In this document: piece by piece, positions 28,011-41,651 of the stretch
Layout of the letters: each line of letters starts with the position of its first letter
Numbering within the stretch: the stretch's first letter is position 1
Assembly: GCA_964016885.1 (NCBI GenBank)
Contig: OZ024747.1
Location: 63,426,001 to 63,490,000 of the forward strand
Reading direction: 5' to 3'
From: Eledone cirrhosa
Taxonomy: Eukaryota
DNA: 64,000 nt
Notes under the pieces: generated by a model
What the model was told of the DNA's origin: nothing
Seen by the model: the letters and a program-made list of their open reading frames with translations, nothing else
The model's database searches: none
Translations under genes and position numbers: made by a program

Positions 28011-28440
28011 CTAGGGTGGGTAAAATTTCCGAGATCCATGGACGAGTTCTCTCCAGTGGTCTCTGTCCACCATCATTGCTACTATCTTCTGCCTCTCCCA
28101 GAGACCAGTGTCTATCCTTAGGGCATCAATATATGTCATCCATGGTCTACCCCTTGTAGTGTGTCCGTGTAAGGGCTCCCACAGGAGCACTGAGTGCAGT
28201 GTCAACTCTGGATGTTGGTGAGCATGTCCGGCTAACCTCAGTCTCCTCTGTGTTACTTTTGAGATGATTTTTGGGAGGCTCCAGTACAGCTCTGAGTTCT
28301 TCATCCTCAGAGCATACTGCTTAATGTTCAGAGCCATCCTCAGCATCCCCGTGTAGCAGCCATCCATAATCTGGATAAGTCTCTTGGTCAGTGTCCAAGT
28401 CTCAGACCAAAACAACAGCACAAATTCCACTGTGCTTAAC
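28011..28440 (-). mobile_element. C-terminal fragment of a different RTE/RTEX-like LINE
   Basis: SETWTLTK...DGCYTGMLRMALNI...QRRLRLAGHA...LLWEP...RGRP...DR..WR is the conserved C-terminus of RTE-group ORFs. Confidence 0.8.
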
Positions 28441-28449
28441 TTAGAATTC

Positions 28450-28794
28450 ATTCATCATCATCATCATTTCATTTTACGTCCGCTTTTCCCTGCTTGCAAG
28501 GGTGAGACGGGAACTGATTCTGGCTTGATTTCTACAGCTGGATGCCCTTCCTAATACTAACCTCATTTACAGTGAGTGCTGGGTGCTTTTTTGCCGTGGC
28601 ACCTCCACGACCACTTTGCAGTGGAATGATAGGGACCCCAGTCCCTAGCATCTCATTTCTACAGCTGAGTAAACTGGAGCAATGTGAAATAGAGTGTCTT
28701 GCTCAAGGAAACAACACATCACCCGGTCTGAGAATTGAACTCACAACCTTTCGATTGCAAAGACAATACTCTAACCACTAAGCCATGTGCCTCC
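28450..28794 (-). mobile_element. SINE family A, full length
   Basis: Highly similar to 10453-10795. Confidence 0.9.
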
Positions 28795-28854
28795 ATATTA
28801 TTATAAGTAATATTCTGGCCTTGTGCTAAAAGTAGAAACAATTATTATAAGTAA

Positions 28855-29098
28855 TATTCATATGATGTACATGGATGATGATCGCTGGGTGAAGAAGTGC
28901 CAAGTAATTCCAGTGGAAGAAAGCCACAGTAGAGGAAGACCAAGGAAGACCTGGAGGGAAGTGGTGAGATCTGATCTCAGATTGCTGAAGCTCACAGAGT
29001 AAATGACAGAGAAACACGACAAATGGAGAGATGCTGTACTGAGAAGGACACACCCAACCTATGCAAGCATGGAACAATGGACATAAAATGATGATGAT
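28855..29098 (+). mobile_element. Degenerate RTE LINE 3' fragment
   Basis: Translates as HMMYMDDDRWVKKC...RGRPRKTWREVVRSDLRLL, followed by an RTE-type tail with (ATG)n. Confidence 0.8.
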
Positions 29099-30315
29099 TC
29101 AAAGTTCTTTTACCACATGGTACAACTTTGACTTTCACTCTCCTGAGGGTTGATTAAGTAAAATATGTTTTAGTGAAGCAATTTTCATGTAGCTTACTCT
29201 TCTCAACTATTCTGTTGCATATATGTTCATCATTCATTATGTGTGTACATGTATATATGCCCACTTGCAAGTATATACATGTACTCTCTCTCTCTTTCTC
29301 TCTCTCTCTACACACACACACATGTATGTATGTGTGTGTGTATATATCATCATCATCTTCGTTTAACGTCCATCTTCCACGCAAGCATGGGTTAGACGGG
29401 AGTTTTCCCAATTGAGGCAAGGTAGGTCAGGTGACCGTGCCTCACTCATATAGGACTATTTGGCAGGTTTTCTACGGCTGGATGCCCTTCCTAACACCAA
29501 CAACATTTGGAACTGGATGGAACCATTATGAGGAGCAATATATATATATATAAATGAGAAGACTCATCACTAGAACAGCTGTCGAAACAGCTAAATGCTG
29601 TCAAAGACAGCGATGGACAAAAATGCCTCAGAGACAATCCTCATTCAACTTTACACACACACACACAATATATATATTATATTATATATATATATATTAT
29701 ATTGTTTATTGTTCACTAACGTGACATATATGTTGTACTTATAATGACCTAAAGGCACCCAATATCACTGTACTGCAGTATTAAACAACAGATATGGTTA
29801 CATGAATGTGACTGCATTTCACAAACTAAGAAAATAGTGTCTTTAGCTGATGGCTTACATTAAATACCATGACATTTATTTTGTCAAAACTCTGGAGACA
29901 GATAGAAAAAAAGACTATTTGAATAAGCGTACAATCAAATATACATATCTTCTACTGATGCTTTCTTATGCCAATATATGTGTATGTATTTGAGTTTGTG
30001 TTAATGTTTATGAGTACATATGTGTACAACTGCTCGTATATGTGTCAATATGTGTGTTCATGTGCAAGTATTTGTATGCATTTGTGTGTAAAACTATGCA
30101 TCACTTTTTATGTGTCCTTTTTATTCATATATGACAATATTTTTTACCTCCAAAATCATTGATATTCTGCAGAAAAATATTTATTTTATACAACTTAGAT
30201 ATTTCACACCTTACAATGATATGATGGAGCTCTATCACTCCTGATGACAAATGTTCCAGTTGTTTCAACAAGTGAACATTCTGTTCATGAAATTAAGATG
30301 TAAGTACCAGGACAT

Positions 30316-30895
30316 CAGAGCTGAATTTAATGGGGGGGGGGGGAATTGCCCCAGGGCCCCTGCAGTGAGAGCCCCACCAGCATTCATCATCATCATCATC
30401 ATCATCATCATTTTACGTCCACTTTCCCTGCATGCAAGGGTGGGACGGGAACTGATTCTGGCTTGATTTCTACAGCTGGATGCCCTTCCTAACACCAACC
30501 TCATTTACATTGAGTGCTGGGTGCTTTTTTGCCATGGCACCTCCACGACCACTTTGCAGTAGAATGATAGGGACTCCAGTCCCTATCATCTTATTTCTAC
30601 AGCTGAGTAAACTGGAGCAATGTGAAATAAAGTGTCTTGCTCAAGGAAACAACACATCACCCGGTCTGAGATTCATTTGCTCCCTAAGTCGAGCTTTTTT
30701 TAGTTTTAGGATGGTTACATTTTGGGAATTGAATACCTGTACGTATAACTTTTCAATTTCAATTGGACCAAGCTATATTTGATATGTAAAATTGGGAGGT
30801 TTGCTATGTGTTCTAAATGTTTGTGTATGAGTCCCCCCCCCCCCGCCTCAAACCTGAAGTTTCCTGGGCCCCCAAGGTCTAAAAATCCAACGCTG
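30316..30895. mobile_element. hAT-type MITE carrying a SINE insertion
   Basis: Ends CAGAGCTGAATTT and AAATCCAACGCTG, subterminal GGGCCCC motifs, and an imperfect 8-bp TSD CAGGACAT/CTAGACAT. Confidence 0.6.
30385..30672 (-). mobile_element. 5'-truncated SINE A nested in a hAT MITE
   Basis: Matches family A from the tail to just before the B box. Confidence 0.85.
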
Positions 30896-31517
30896 CTAGA
30901 CATTCCTCAGGGATGTGTATCCTTAAGTCTTTAGATAACAAACCACCCAGAACTGACCTTCGTTCTATGGTACAAATCTGTTTTAAGATGCTTATATTTG
31001 TCTAAAAATTCCCCAACATAATACTATGTAAGAACGTTTGTTAAATTATGTTCCAAACAATAGCTTAAGAATGAAAAGGTCAGTTAAAATTATTATTCCC
31101 CACCACATTCTTGAATCTTTACAAAAGTTTTTGAAAATTATATGAAGTGTTTTTTCTATTAGAAATATGGTAATGAAACAGTAACATAGCCATGTAGATG
31201 AAACAAACTGGAACACTCATCGTTGGAACTGATGGTGGTCCATCACACAGATATGTGAGAGAGACACATATTTAAAATGTTTGTTGCCTTGCCTTACATT
31301 CCAGTGAAACACATTTCGTTGGTCTTCTAATTAATTAGACTACTCCTTGTATTGATAAATTCACTTCAAATCATCAGTCTTAATAATCAATAGGATAACT
31401 CTCTCTGGTTATCTCTTAATCTCTCTCTCTCTGGTTATCTCTCTCTGTGGTTAATATCTTAATCTCTCTCTAACAGATGCACACATACACACAGATTCTC
31501 TCTCGCTCTCTCTCTCT

Positions 31518-31569
<52 letters not shown>

Positions 31570-31647
31570 ACATCTGCCTATCTATATATCACTAAATATA
31601 TAATAAAATTATACCAAAAAAATCTCTAACACATGCACATATACACT

Positions 31648-31710
<63 letters not shown>

Positions 31711-31944
31711 TGCCTATCTATATATCGTTAAATATATAATAAAATTATGCCAAAAAAAGAACCAGCAAATAAAAGCAACCAAAATTTATTTAAATTAATT
31801 TCAATTAAATTAGTTTTTCTAATATCGAATTGTTTGGCATAGCCAATATTATAAAAGCAACACACACATACTTACATATGTTTATACACACTCACACTCA
31901 GACACACTTACATATACACACACATGTACATGTACATATGTATA

Positions 31945-32022
31945 CAGGGTGTCCCCCTAAAATGTATACAAACTTCAACAGCATTCTAATAACTATGTGT
32001 ATACATTTTTTTGGACACTCTC
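31945..32022. mobile_element. Tiny Tc1/mariner-type MITE
   Basis: TA-CAGGGTGTCC...AAATGTATACA / TGTATACATTT...GGACACTCTC-TA. Confidence 0.65.
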
Positions 32023-32454
32023 TATGTATGTAACTTTGTGTTATATTTTGTGTTTAAATTGGCCACATTCCTGGTTAGCAGTATGTTGATAATCAGTGAA
32101 TTTTTTTATTTTTATATTTCTCTCTTTCTCTATCAAAGTTCATATTGAATGTGTTTTCTTCCAGTTGTGTAGTTAGTTCCAGTGATCAACTTTGGTTTTT
32201 TTTTCTTATTTATTTATTATATGATTCCCCCCCTCTCACTTCCAGAAAACTGCAGCCAGACAAAACCCATACAACACACGGACTTTTATAAAACTAGAAA
32301 TAAAGGAAATACATTTTTTTTTATGGCATTACTTAATTTATCTTATGTAAAATATCTTTTACCTAGAATTAGTCAGATTTTAAAAGACAAAATTTGTTTT
32401 TGCTCTAGCATGGATGATACGTAATTGCAGTCATATTGAATAATAATATTAGCA

Positions 32455-32790
32455 TAATTGTTTCTATTTTTGGCACAAGGCCAGCAATTATTCCAGTGTA
32501 TTACTGGTACTTTATTTTATCGACCCCCATAAGGATAAAAGGCAAAGTTAACCTCGGCAGGATTTGAACTCAGACCGTAAAGGGGCGTAACTCTATGCTG
32601 AAAAGCATGGCATCTGACCCTCTACCGATACTGCCAATCCACGACCCTTAATATTAATAACATTATAATAATATTATTAGTTTCGCCGAGGTCAACTTTG
32701 CCTTTCATCCTTACGGGGTCGATAAAATAAAGTACCAGTAATACACTCGGATAATTGCTGGCCTTGTGCCAAAAGTAGAAACAAGTATTA
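32455..32790. mobile_element. Head-to-head pair of SINE B copies
   Basis: Minus copy 32455-32648 and plus truncated copy 32682-32790, separated by about 35 bp of AT-rich DNA. Confidence 0.85.
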
Positions 32791-33012
32791 GTATCTGATT
32801 AGTTTGCAAGCAAATAGCCTCATAACACCAATTAGGACAAAAGGATGACAATAGTCGTCTAAAACACATGGATTTATGATGCTGTTTGTTTGCAAATAAA
32901 TCGAATATTAATATTATTATTCTATACAAAACTCACGAATGCATAGAGAGATTTTTTCTTTACAAAACATTTCATCTTTAGTGTCAGTTATGTTTCATTC
33001 TTTTATGTTCTT

Positions 33013-33224
33013 TAACCCTTTAGCATTTAAACGAGCCATATCTGGCCTGGATTCTCTTGCCTCCTTCTGTTCAAATTGGCTGTAACTGGCTGCTCATACT
33101 ATTTTAAAACAAATATTATCAACATCCCATAGATTCGATATTATGTGAGAAAATTATGTGAGATAGAGCCTTTACTGTGAAAATATAATAGTAAATATAG
33201 AGTAATGTAACTGTTAAATGGTTA
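33013..33224. mobile_element. TTAA-flanked piggyBac-like MITE
   Basis: TTAA-CCCTTTAGCA...TGTTAAATGG-TTAA. A second copy at about 4905-5133 shares ATAGATTCGATATTATGTGAGA. Confidence 0.6.
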
Positions 33225-33304
33225 AAAATAGTTTTGCAATTATTTCATTGTCTAATATTTTGGTTGTTGTTATGCTAAACTTTCTTCATTTATTCTTCTA
33301 CTTT

Positions 33305-33530
33305 ATCCATTTGATACCAAATGACCTGAAACCACTCCTGGCTCTGTGAAACAAAACTATTTGTTTTAAAAATGTTCTATCATAATTTTATGTAAGAACC
33401 TATAAATTATCTTCCAAACACAATCTTAATAACAGGAAAATTAGTTATATTAATAAATCCCTTCAAAATTGTTATTGTTTTCAAAATTATTTAAAAACCA
33501 TAAACATAATCTTTCATTAGAAATATGGTA
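33305..33530 (+). mobile_element. Old AT-rich about 250-bp dispersed repeat (probable TTAA MITE)
   Basis: Recurring CATAATTTTATGTAAGAACC...TTAGTTATATT...TTCATTAGAAATATGGTAA. Other copies lie at about 965-1222, 7190-7415, 18985-19455, 19490-19668, 30930-31185, 46990-47205 (-) and 48043-48730 (-). Some end AAAGGGTTAA. Confidence 0.6.
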
Positions 33531-35094
33531 ATTATTTTACAATTATAAAGAAGGTTTTTAAAATTATTTCTGTAATATCTCTATTCAATAAATACTTCCA
33601 TGGTTGTTTTTTTGCCAAATATTATTCATGTATTCGTCCTCTCAGCTTGATAATCCTTTTTCTAGTAATTCTCATTATTTTCATGTGGTTTTCAACCTCT
33701 TGTATGAGGAGTTTCTACTTTAATAGTTTCCTCAAACATCTGTCTTCATTATTTTTCCTTCACTGTTGGCTATATAATCTTCATTTAAAAAAAGTCTTTC
33801 TTAGTTGTTTTCTGAATTTAAGGATATTATCTCAGTAAATTTACAGTGTCACAATAAAATGCACCCTGTACATGCTGTAAAGTGGCTATTGTTAAGGACA
33901 TCCAGCTGTAGAAACCTTCCTAAAACCTGAACATATTTAAGCAAAATGTTATCTGTTCCCTCCTGTCCATCTGGGATGACAGTACTGATTTTGTGACAAC
34001 ACGTCCAACCCATGCCAGCATAGAATGGAAAAAAAAACAGACATTAAATGATGATGATGGTGGTGATGATGATGATAATCATCTATTTGTCTCTTTGTTG
34101 TTTTTGTCAGAATTAAGAAGAAAAAAAACATCATTTCTGAAGACTTGTAACCAAATTCAACAATGTTATATTCTTCTTTTGGTTCTGTTATCCAAATTTA
34201 TTTATTTCAATCTATAGCCTTTAGCCATACCTAAATTTACATTACTGATTCAAATATTGACTTTAATTTTGGACTTTCAGATGATATCACCAGTATTAAA
34301 AATGTTAATATGGAATATTGATTGGAAAATTAAAACTATAGCTTTCAGGGAATTTTAGATTTCTGTGAGTTTTTTTAATTATTTTTTTATTTTTATATTT
34401 TTATTTTTCATCATTGTTTTTAATCATCTGGGATGCTATGGTTTTTCTTGATAAAAGAGAAAAACAGATCTGGCTAATTGATAGATTATTCCAAAGTAGC
34501 TAATAATCTTCATTAATCTTTTTATAGAAACAATGTATTATAACATTGAATATACTAGAGATCACTTCAGTTACAGGCAAGAAAATGTTTCATTTCTTGA
34601 AAAAAAAAAAAAATTATATATATATATATATAGACGGAAAATTGATTATATATTAACTGAAGAAATCAAACACTTCTATTTCTTCAAAATGTCAATATTT
34701 TATTGTGATCAAGTGATCTTAATTGTGAGCCATATATCCAGAAAATAAAATGTTCATATTAGAAAGGTAAACTGTGTGGCACTTTGGGTAAGTGTCTTCA
34801 ACTGTAACCTTAGGTTATCCAATGATTTATTAATGTAATTTGGTTGACTGAGACTGTGTGGAAGTTCATCATCATCATCACCGTTTAATGTTCATTTTTC
34901 CATACGCACATGGGTCAGATGGGTTGTCAGTGTCAAGGGACATGTCTGGTCAGGATTGGCCAAGCCACACCTTGTTCTGATGGGACTATAAATTTTGCCA
35001 GGGTTTTTACAGCTGGATGCCCTTTCTAACACCAACCACATTTACACTGTCATCATATATATCATCATCATCACAGTTTTATGTCCATTTTTCC

Positions 35095-35637
35095 ATGGTG
35101 ATTGTGGGGATGTATGTAGTGATGGTGATGGTGGTTGTAGTGGTGGTGATGGTGGTTGTTGTGGTGGTAGTTGTGGTGATGGTGTATGTGCTGATGGTAG
35201 TTGTGGTGGTACTGTTGTAGGTAGTAATGGTGTATGTGGTGATGGTGGTTGTAGTGGTGGTGCATGTCGTGCTGTTGGTAGTGATGGTTATTGTGGTGGT
35301 GGTGGTGTTGTAGGTGGTAGTGAGGATGATGGTGGTTGTGATGATGGTTGTGGTGGTGTTGGTGGTGGTGTATGTGGTGATAGTGTAGGTCATATGATAG
35401 ATGGTGATGGTGTATGTGGTGCTGATGTAGGTGGTTGTGGTGAGGGTAGTATATTTGGTGCTGATGGTGGTTGTGGTGGTGATGCATGTGGTGCTGTTGG
35501 TTGTAGTAGTTGTTGTAGTGGTGGTGTTGTAGGTGGTGGTGATGATGATGGTGTTTGTGATGGTGGTTGTGATGATGGTTGTGGTGGTGATAATGTAGGT
35601 TATGTTGCATGTGGTGATGGTGTATGTGGTGGTGGTT
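35095..35637. repeat. Degenerate (GGT/GAT)n array
   Basis: Direct inspection. Confidence 0.9.
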
Positions 35638-36937
35638 AAATATTCATTAATGCTTTAGTGGCTAATGAAGTGATACTTTCTTATAGTTGCAGGTAACTGA
35701 GGAGCATCAATAGGGCAGAACAAAAATTGTGCATTGGAGAAAAATGCTACTTCACTTTAGAGTAGTGTGTGGGTGTGTGTGTATACATGCATGTTGATAT
35801 GAGTGTGTACATGCATGTATTGGTGTGTGTGCATTTTAGGTGTGTGTGTGTTTGCATGTTGGTCTGTGCATGCATTGGTGTGTACATTTGTGAGTGTGTG
35901 TATGTGTACATGCATATGTTGGTGTGTGCATTTGTGTGTACCTGTTGCTGTATGTGTACATGCATATGTTGGTGTGTGCATTTGTGTGTACCTGTTGCTG
36001 TATGTGTGTGCCAATTTTTGTGTCTGTGTGAGTGCATATATGTTTGTGTGTATGTAAATGCATGTGACTATGTTGGTACATATATGTTTGTGTGTGTCTC
36101 TAATTTAAGCCAATCCCGTGTGTTTCAACTTGCTGTTCCTTGTGACAAATTTGGTATAAAATCATTTTGAAAGATTACCCACTGACACACAGGTATGACC
36201 AAACTGTTGGTGACAGAGTTGATGTAAAATTCACAGTGAAAGACAAGACCAGACGCTGCTGAGAGATATCAATAATGTAATTACACTCGTTAGATATTGG
36301 AGACAAGAAACCTTATCACAACCAAATGACTTCAGATTCTTTGATCTGAAGGCTGATACAAACATTGTCAAAGATTAATAATTAATCCCATACATATTAA
36401 TATACAAGATGTGGTTGTGGTGCTGGGGTAAATGTTATACATGGAGAGATGATATCTACATATGGGAATTTAACCCTTTCTTTACATGTTATATGAAGAT
36501 GAAAAAATAACATAAGTACACACATACATACATATACATATATACACACAACAAATACATACTTAAATTTATATACATATATATATATACACATATAGAT
36601 ATATTCACCTAAATACATACATATATATACATTCACTTAAATACATAAATATCTAGATATATTCACCTATATACACACATATATAGATATATTCACCTGT
36701 ATACATATATATATGTTATTTAAAGTAAAAGGATACATAAATACATACATAACAAATGCATACACAAACACACATATATATACATACACACACACATATA
36801 TATATACATACATATGTAGATATATTCAGCTATATACTTACATATATACGTGTGTGTCAATATGATGAAAGCTCAAAGAAGAAGATTGTTATTTAAAGAG
36901 AGAGGATACACTAAAAGTGGTCGTCATAAGGTATGTT

Positions 36938-36968
<31 letters not shown>

Positions 36969-36975
36969 CTATATA

Positions 36976-37195
36976 TCATCATCATCATCATCATCATCAT
37001 CATTTTACGTCCACTTTTCCCTGCTTGCAAGGGTGGGACGGGAACTGATTCTGGCTAGATTTCTACAGCTGGATGCCCTTCCTAACACCAACCTCATTTA
37101 CAGTGACTGGTGGGTGCTTTTTTGCCGTGGCACCTCCACGTCCACTTTGCAGTGGAATGATAGGGACACCAGTCCCTATCATCTCATTTCTACAG

Positions 37196-37199
<4 letters not shown>
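36976..37199 (-). mobile_element. 5'-truncated SINE A in (TA)n
   Basis: Tail half of family A. Confidence 0.85.
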
Positions 37200-37262
<63 letters not shown>

Positions 37263-37469
37263 TATATATATAATAGTTCCATTATATGTATTATATTACA
37301 TGTGTCTCTTCATTTATTGAAGATATCCATTTCATTGTGGTTGTTATATTGAAGTATATAAATATATATCCAAATATATACACTTGTACATATAAAAATA
37401 GACAACTTTGAAATATCTACCCACATATAATTTACACTTGCACACACATACTCATATACATATTATTAT

Positions 37470-38480
37470 AATTATTATTATTATTTTGCACATTATCACT
37501 GCATTACCGGGCACAGCTCTGTGAACCTTTGGTATGTGCAGTGTGGTTTTTGGTGGTGTTTGTTCTATTGTAGTGAGAGTACTCTTTGTAACATATATGC
37601 AGTGCCTAGTAGTGCTATTTTTTATATGTTGTATATATTTGTGAGTTCTGGGGGTTTGGGTTATGTATTTGTCTGTGTACATTTTTATAATTCCGAGAGC
37701 ACCGATAATTATAGATACTAGCAGAAAAACCACCCTCGGGGGGTTTTCTGCTGGCATGTGTCGTGTGTATATTGATATTATACACAAGTATATATGCATG
37801 TAGATATGATACATCAAATAAAATCGTAATTGACAATATACACAGAAATTGAACGAAGACGTTGTTACACTCTCTTATGTAATCAGTAACGTAATCCATG
37901 ATACATTAAAAAAAGACGATATTATATATAAACTGCATTAGGAGAAAATTAGTGACAGAAATATATGTATGTGTATTTAAGCGATAGCCAACCGGAAGTG
38001 TTGATATTTGAAAATTTTAAAGAAGGGAATCTTTAAATAATAAAATATATCTAATCAACAGCCATTTAGTAGATAAATTATGTAATATTCATTCATTATT
38101 TATTCAAAGTAATCCAACTTATTTTATTAATGGGATAAAAAATTATAAACCGTACGCAGTCCCGTGCTCCTTACTTTATTATAGTTTAGATTGTTTCTGT
38201 CTTCAACATCCACATTCGGGTTATTTCTATCTCTAGATCTTTATATTTAGGTAGTTTCTCCATTTCCTTGGCAGAAATGTTGTCAGTTGGGATTGATACA
38301 TCAATCAGTAGACATTTTCTTTCTTGGTAATCTTTACTATAATGTCTGGTCAGTTGGCTTTGATCTCTATCTGTATTTATTGGCATATCCCAGAGAATGG
38401 TTGCTTTGTCAATCTCTGATAACTTTTCTGATGTGTGTTTGAACCATCTTTTGTCTGTGTATGTCATAGTGTTGGCATAA
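37470..38480 (-). mobile_element. Degenerate R4/Dong-type RLE LINE 3' end, interrupted by a Helitron
   Basis: ILWDMPINTDR...LIDVSIPTD...KYKDLEIEITRMW...ETI continues as IIIGALGII beyond the insertion. It ends in a (TAA)n-like tail at about 37470-37485. Confidence 0.85.
37718..38190 (-). mobile_element. Non-autonomous Helitron (about 473 bp)
   Basis: The minus strand begins TCTAAACTATAATAA and ends with a hairpin (CAGAAAACC...GGTTTTTCTG) plus CTAG. It is inserted between A and T with no TSD, and removing it restores the LINE frame ETI-S-IIIGALG. Confidence 0.85.
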
Positions 38481-39562
38481 TTTATCATTTTCTTCTCTTT
38501 ATTCAGCATTTTATTGTTCCTCTGTTGGTATCTGAATTACTAGATATCACCAGAAGTCTTAGATATATCTAACACCTTTGAGCTGGTCCTTGTAGTGCTA
38601 AGCAAACAAGCTTTATGTAAAGTCAGGAAATGTACCTTTACGAGAGGGGAGCTAAAACGTTACTGGCTTTAGGGGTATCCTGAAATGGTAGAGTTGTTAC
38701 TTTTACCTTTTATAGGGTAAGTCGGACTGCTGGAATAAGTGCCTGAATCTGAAAGTGGAATAATTAGCTTATCTGCCTGTACTTTCTTTTACCCAAAGCT
38801 AGGAAATTTTCAGCACCACCCCATCCTACATCCAGCATCTTTAACCAGTCCCTGTAACTTCTAGACACAGACCGACTCTAAATCTACTAATACAGTTGAG
38901 ATGATAACAAATGTATTTCATATTTCAGGTCTTGGAACATTTTTATTTTTGTATTCTTTATCTAACACTCTAGTATCAGATTGGAAAGTAACATTGATTA
39001 CCAAACGTTCTTTACTCTTTATTGATTATTATTATTGTTATCATCACCATCATCAACGTCATCATCATCATTGTCATCCTTATCATCGTCATCATCATCA
39101 CCCATAACGTCATCATCATCATCATCCATATCATCATCACCATCATCCTCAATATAATCATCATTATCATCATCCATATCATCATCATTATCATCCTTAT
39201 TATCATCATCATCATCATCATTGTCATCGTCATCATCATAATCATATCATTATCATAATCATCATCACCACCACCATCCATATCATCATCATCATCATTA
39301 TCATCCATATCATAGACCGATCGTATGTCATTTTCTTTTACAATCTCAAGAATGTGTCACAACTAATGACCAATGCTTCTTTGGGATCCTTTTATCAGCT
39401 CAACTTTCAAGTACCTTCCTGTAGATATTTCTGCTTCCTAATAATCTATTTTTTGTGCAAAAGATCTGCTGGAATTTCGATCCCAATCTTCTGTAACATT
39501 TATTTCATTTCAGTCTCTTCCTTGATTGAAGATATCTACTTCATTGTGGTTGCTGTATTGAA

Positions 39563-39623
<61 letters not shown>

Positions 39624-39636
39624 GTATGTATGTATG

Positions 39637-40152
39637 TTTTCTCTTTCTCTTAATTTCGAGTATATTTTTTTGACTGGCCACCTTCCTGGTGGCAAGGTTG
39701 TAAAAGAAAAGAAATTGTCATCCCTTGAATCGCAAGAATGTTTTGCAAATTTTGAAGGTGCCAGCTATCGCAGCCATTTGTAGACTATGAATTAGGGAGC
39801 TGCGCTTTTTGTCCGCAAATCCAAGTTCAGTCATACTTTGGTCCAAGCGGGTTGGTATATAACCCGTAGCACCAATAATGATGGGTATGAAGCTAAAGGT
39901 GTATCTTGGATACTGGATTTGTAAACACCTGATCAATGGTCCGTAGATGTCCTCCTTCTCCTGTATTTTTCTGACAACGTTTACATCAAGTGGGCAGCTG
40001 ATCTCCACAACAGAACACGTTTTCAATGTGTGGTCCCAAACTACAATATCAGGCCGGTTGTGCTTTAATTTGGTGGCAGTTTTTATTTTCAGGTTCCACC
40101 AGTATTCCTTAGTGCCATCTGTCTCAATATATTCTTCCTCGTTTGTTGTTAA
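39637..40152 (-). mobile_element. 3' part of a non-LTR retrotransposon with restriction-like endonuclease (R4/Dong/NeSL-type), inserted in (CATA)n
   Basis: The frame is open from about 40152 to 39718: YWWNLKIKTATKLKHNRPDIVVWD...VVEISCPLD...EKEDIY...PIIIGATG. This fits the RLE PD-(D/E)-like motif. (TATG)n lies on both sides. Confidence 0.85.
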
Positions 40153-40742
40153 TGTATGTATGTATGTATGTATGTATGTGAGATGACCCCTTAGCCTTTG
40201 TCAAGGCAGAATTCTAGGAGAAGGAAAACTCTGATATAACATCTGCAACTCTGATGGTATCCAATGATGTTGACTTGTTCTTCTTTTTGGTAAATATCAT
40301 CTTGGTTAAGAGAGTGGGACTGGCTTTGTGCAGTGCCTTTGCTCACTATAAAAGCTTCACGGCACAGGCATTGCTTTGTATCTGGAGATCTCTCTGCACT
40401 TGTCATCACATGGTACCATGGGCCCAGCACTATGTGTCAATAATTGTCACAAGTGTAGTGTTTGTACCAGAGTTTTCAAGTCACTGGCTGGACTAAAAAG
40501 TCACACTTGTTTAGCGCATCGGTAGGGGTTCTCCTACATGGATATAAAGTAGTGGCCATACTCGAAAACGAGTTGGCAGCCACCACCATGTATGTATGTA
40601 TGGCAAGGGCCGTAACTCTGTGTGAAAGCATGGCATATGACCCTCTACCGATACTGCCAATCCACCGCCTATATCCATGCCTTATTATAATGATATCTAG
40701 TCTATGTGGCTCAATTATTCTGTCTGTCTCCAGAGTTACAAG

Positions 40743-40744
<2 letters not shown>

Positions 40745-40779
<35 letters not shown>

Positions 40780-40786
40780 GTGTGTT

Positions 40787-40866
<80 letters not shown>

Positions 40867-40993
40867 GTGTGTTTGTATATATATATATATAATTCAATAT
40901 GATTAAGTGATATGCAGTGTGTTTGTATATATATATATATATATATATATACATACATACATATAGTGTGTAAATGCAGTGTGTGTGTGTGTC

Positions 40994-41051
<58 letters not shown>

Positions 41052-41085
41052 CATATAGTGTGTAAATGCAGTGTGTGTGTGTGTC

Positions 41086-41127
<42 letters not shown>

Positions 41128-41161
41128 CATATAGTGTGTAAATGCAGTGTGTGTGTGTGTC

Positions 41162-41225
<64 letters not shown>

Positions 41226-41325
41226 CATATAGTGTGTAAATGCAGTGTGTGTGTGTCTGTGTGTGTATATGTATATATATATATATATACATACACACAT
41301 ATAGTGTGTATATGCAGTGTGTGTA
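40745..41325. repeat. Compound tandem repeat of (TA)n plus CATACATATAGTGTGTAAATGCAG(TG)n units
   Basis: About 5 higher-order units with variable (TA)n length. Confidence 0.9.
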
Positions 41326-41651
41326 TGCATGGAAAAGGAAGAATATAAAACAACGATGAGGATTATGCAATTACATTTCTTTTATTTTCAATATATCTGT
41401 CTTCCTGTCTTCCTGTCTTCCTGTCTTCCTGTCTTCCTGTCTGTCTGTCTGTCTGTGGATTTAGAGGTTTGAGTAGAGGAAATCATTTTGAAGGCATACA
41501 CTTTGTGTTGTTTTATTTTGTTTGTGTTTATTGGAATACTGCTAGGACATGGCCTATTACTACTACTACCACCACCACTGCTACTGCCGACACCACCAGC
41601 ATCACTCCTCCTCCTCCTCCTCCTTCTCCTCCTTATACTCCTTCTAATAAT

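Noticed and set aside
34995-35639. Gly/Cys-rich keratin-associated-like and His-rich ORFs
   Set aside because: This is a degenerate (GGT)n array open in multiple frames on both strands, and the ORF start lies in an RTE tail.
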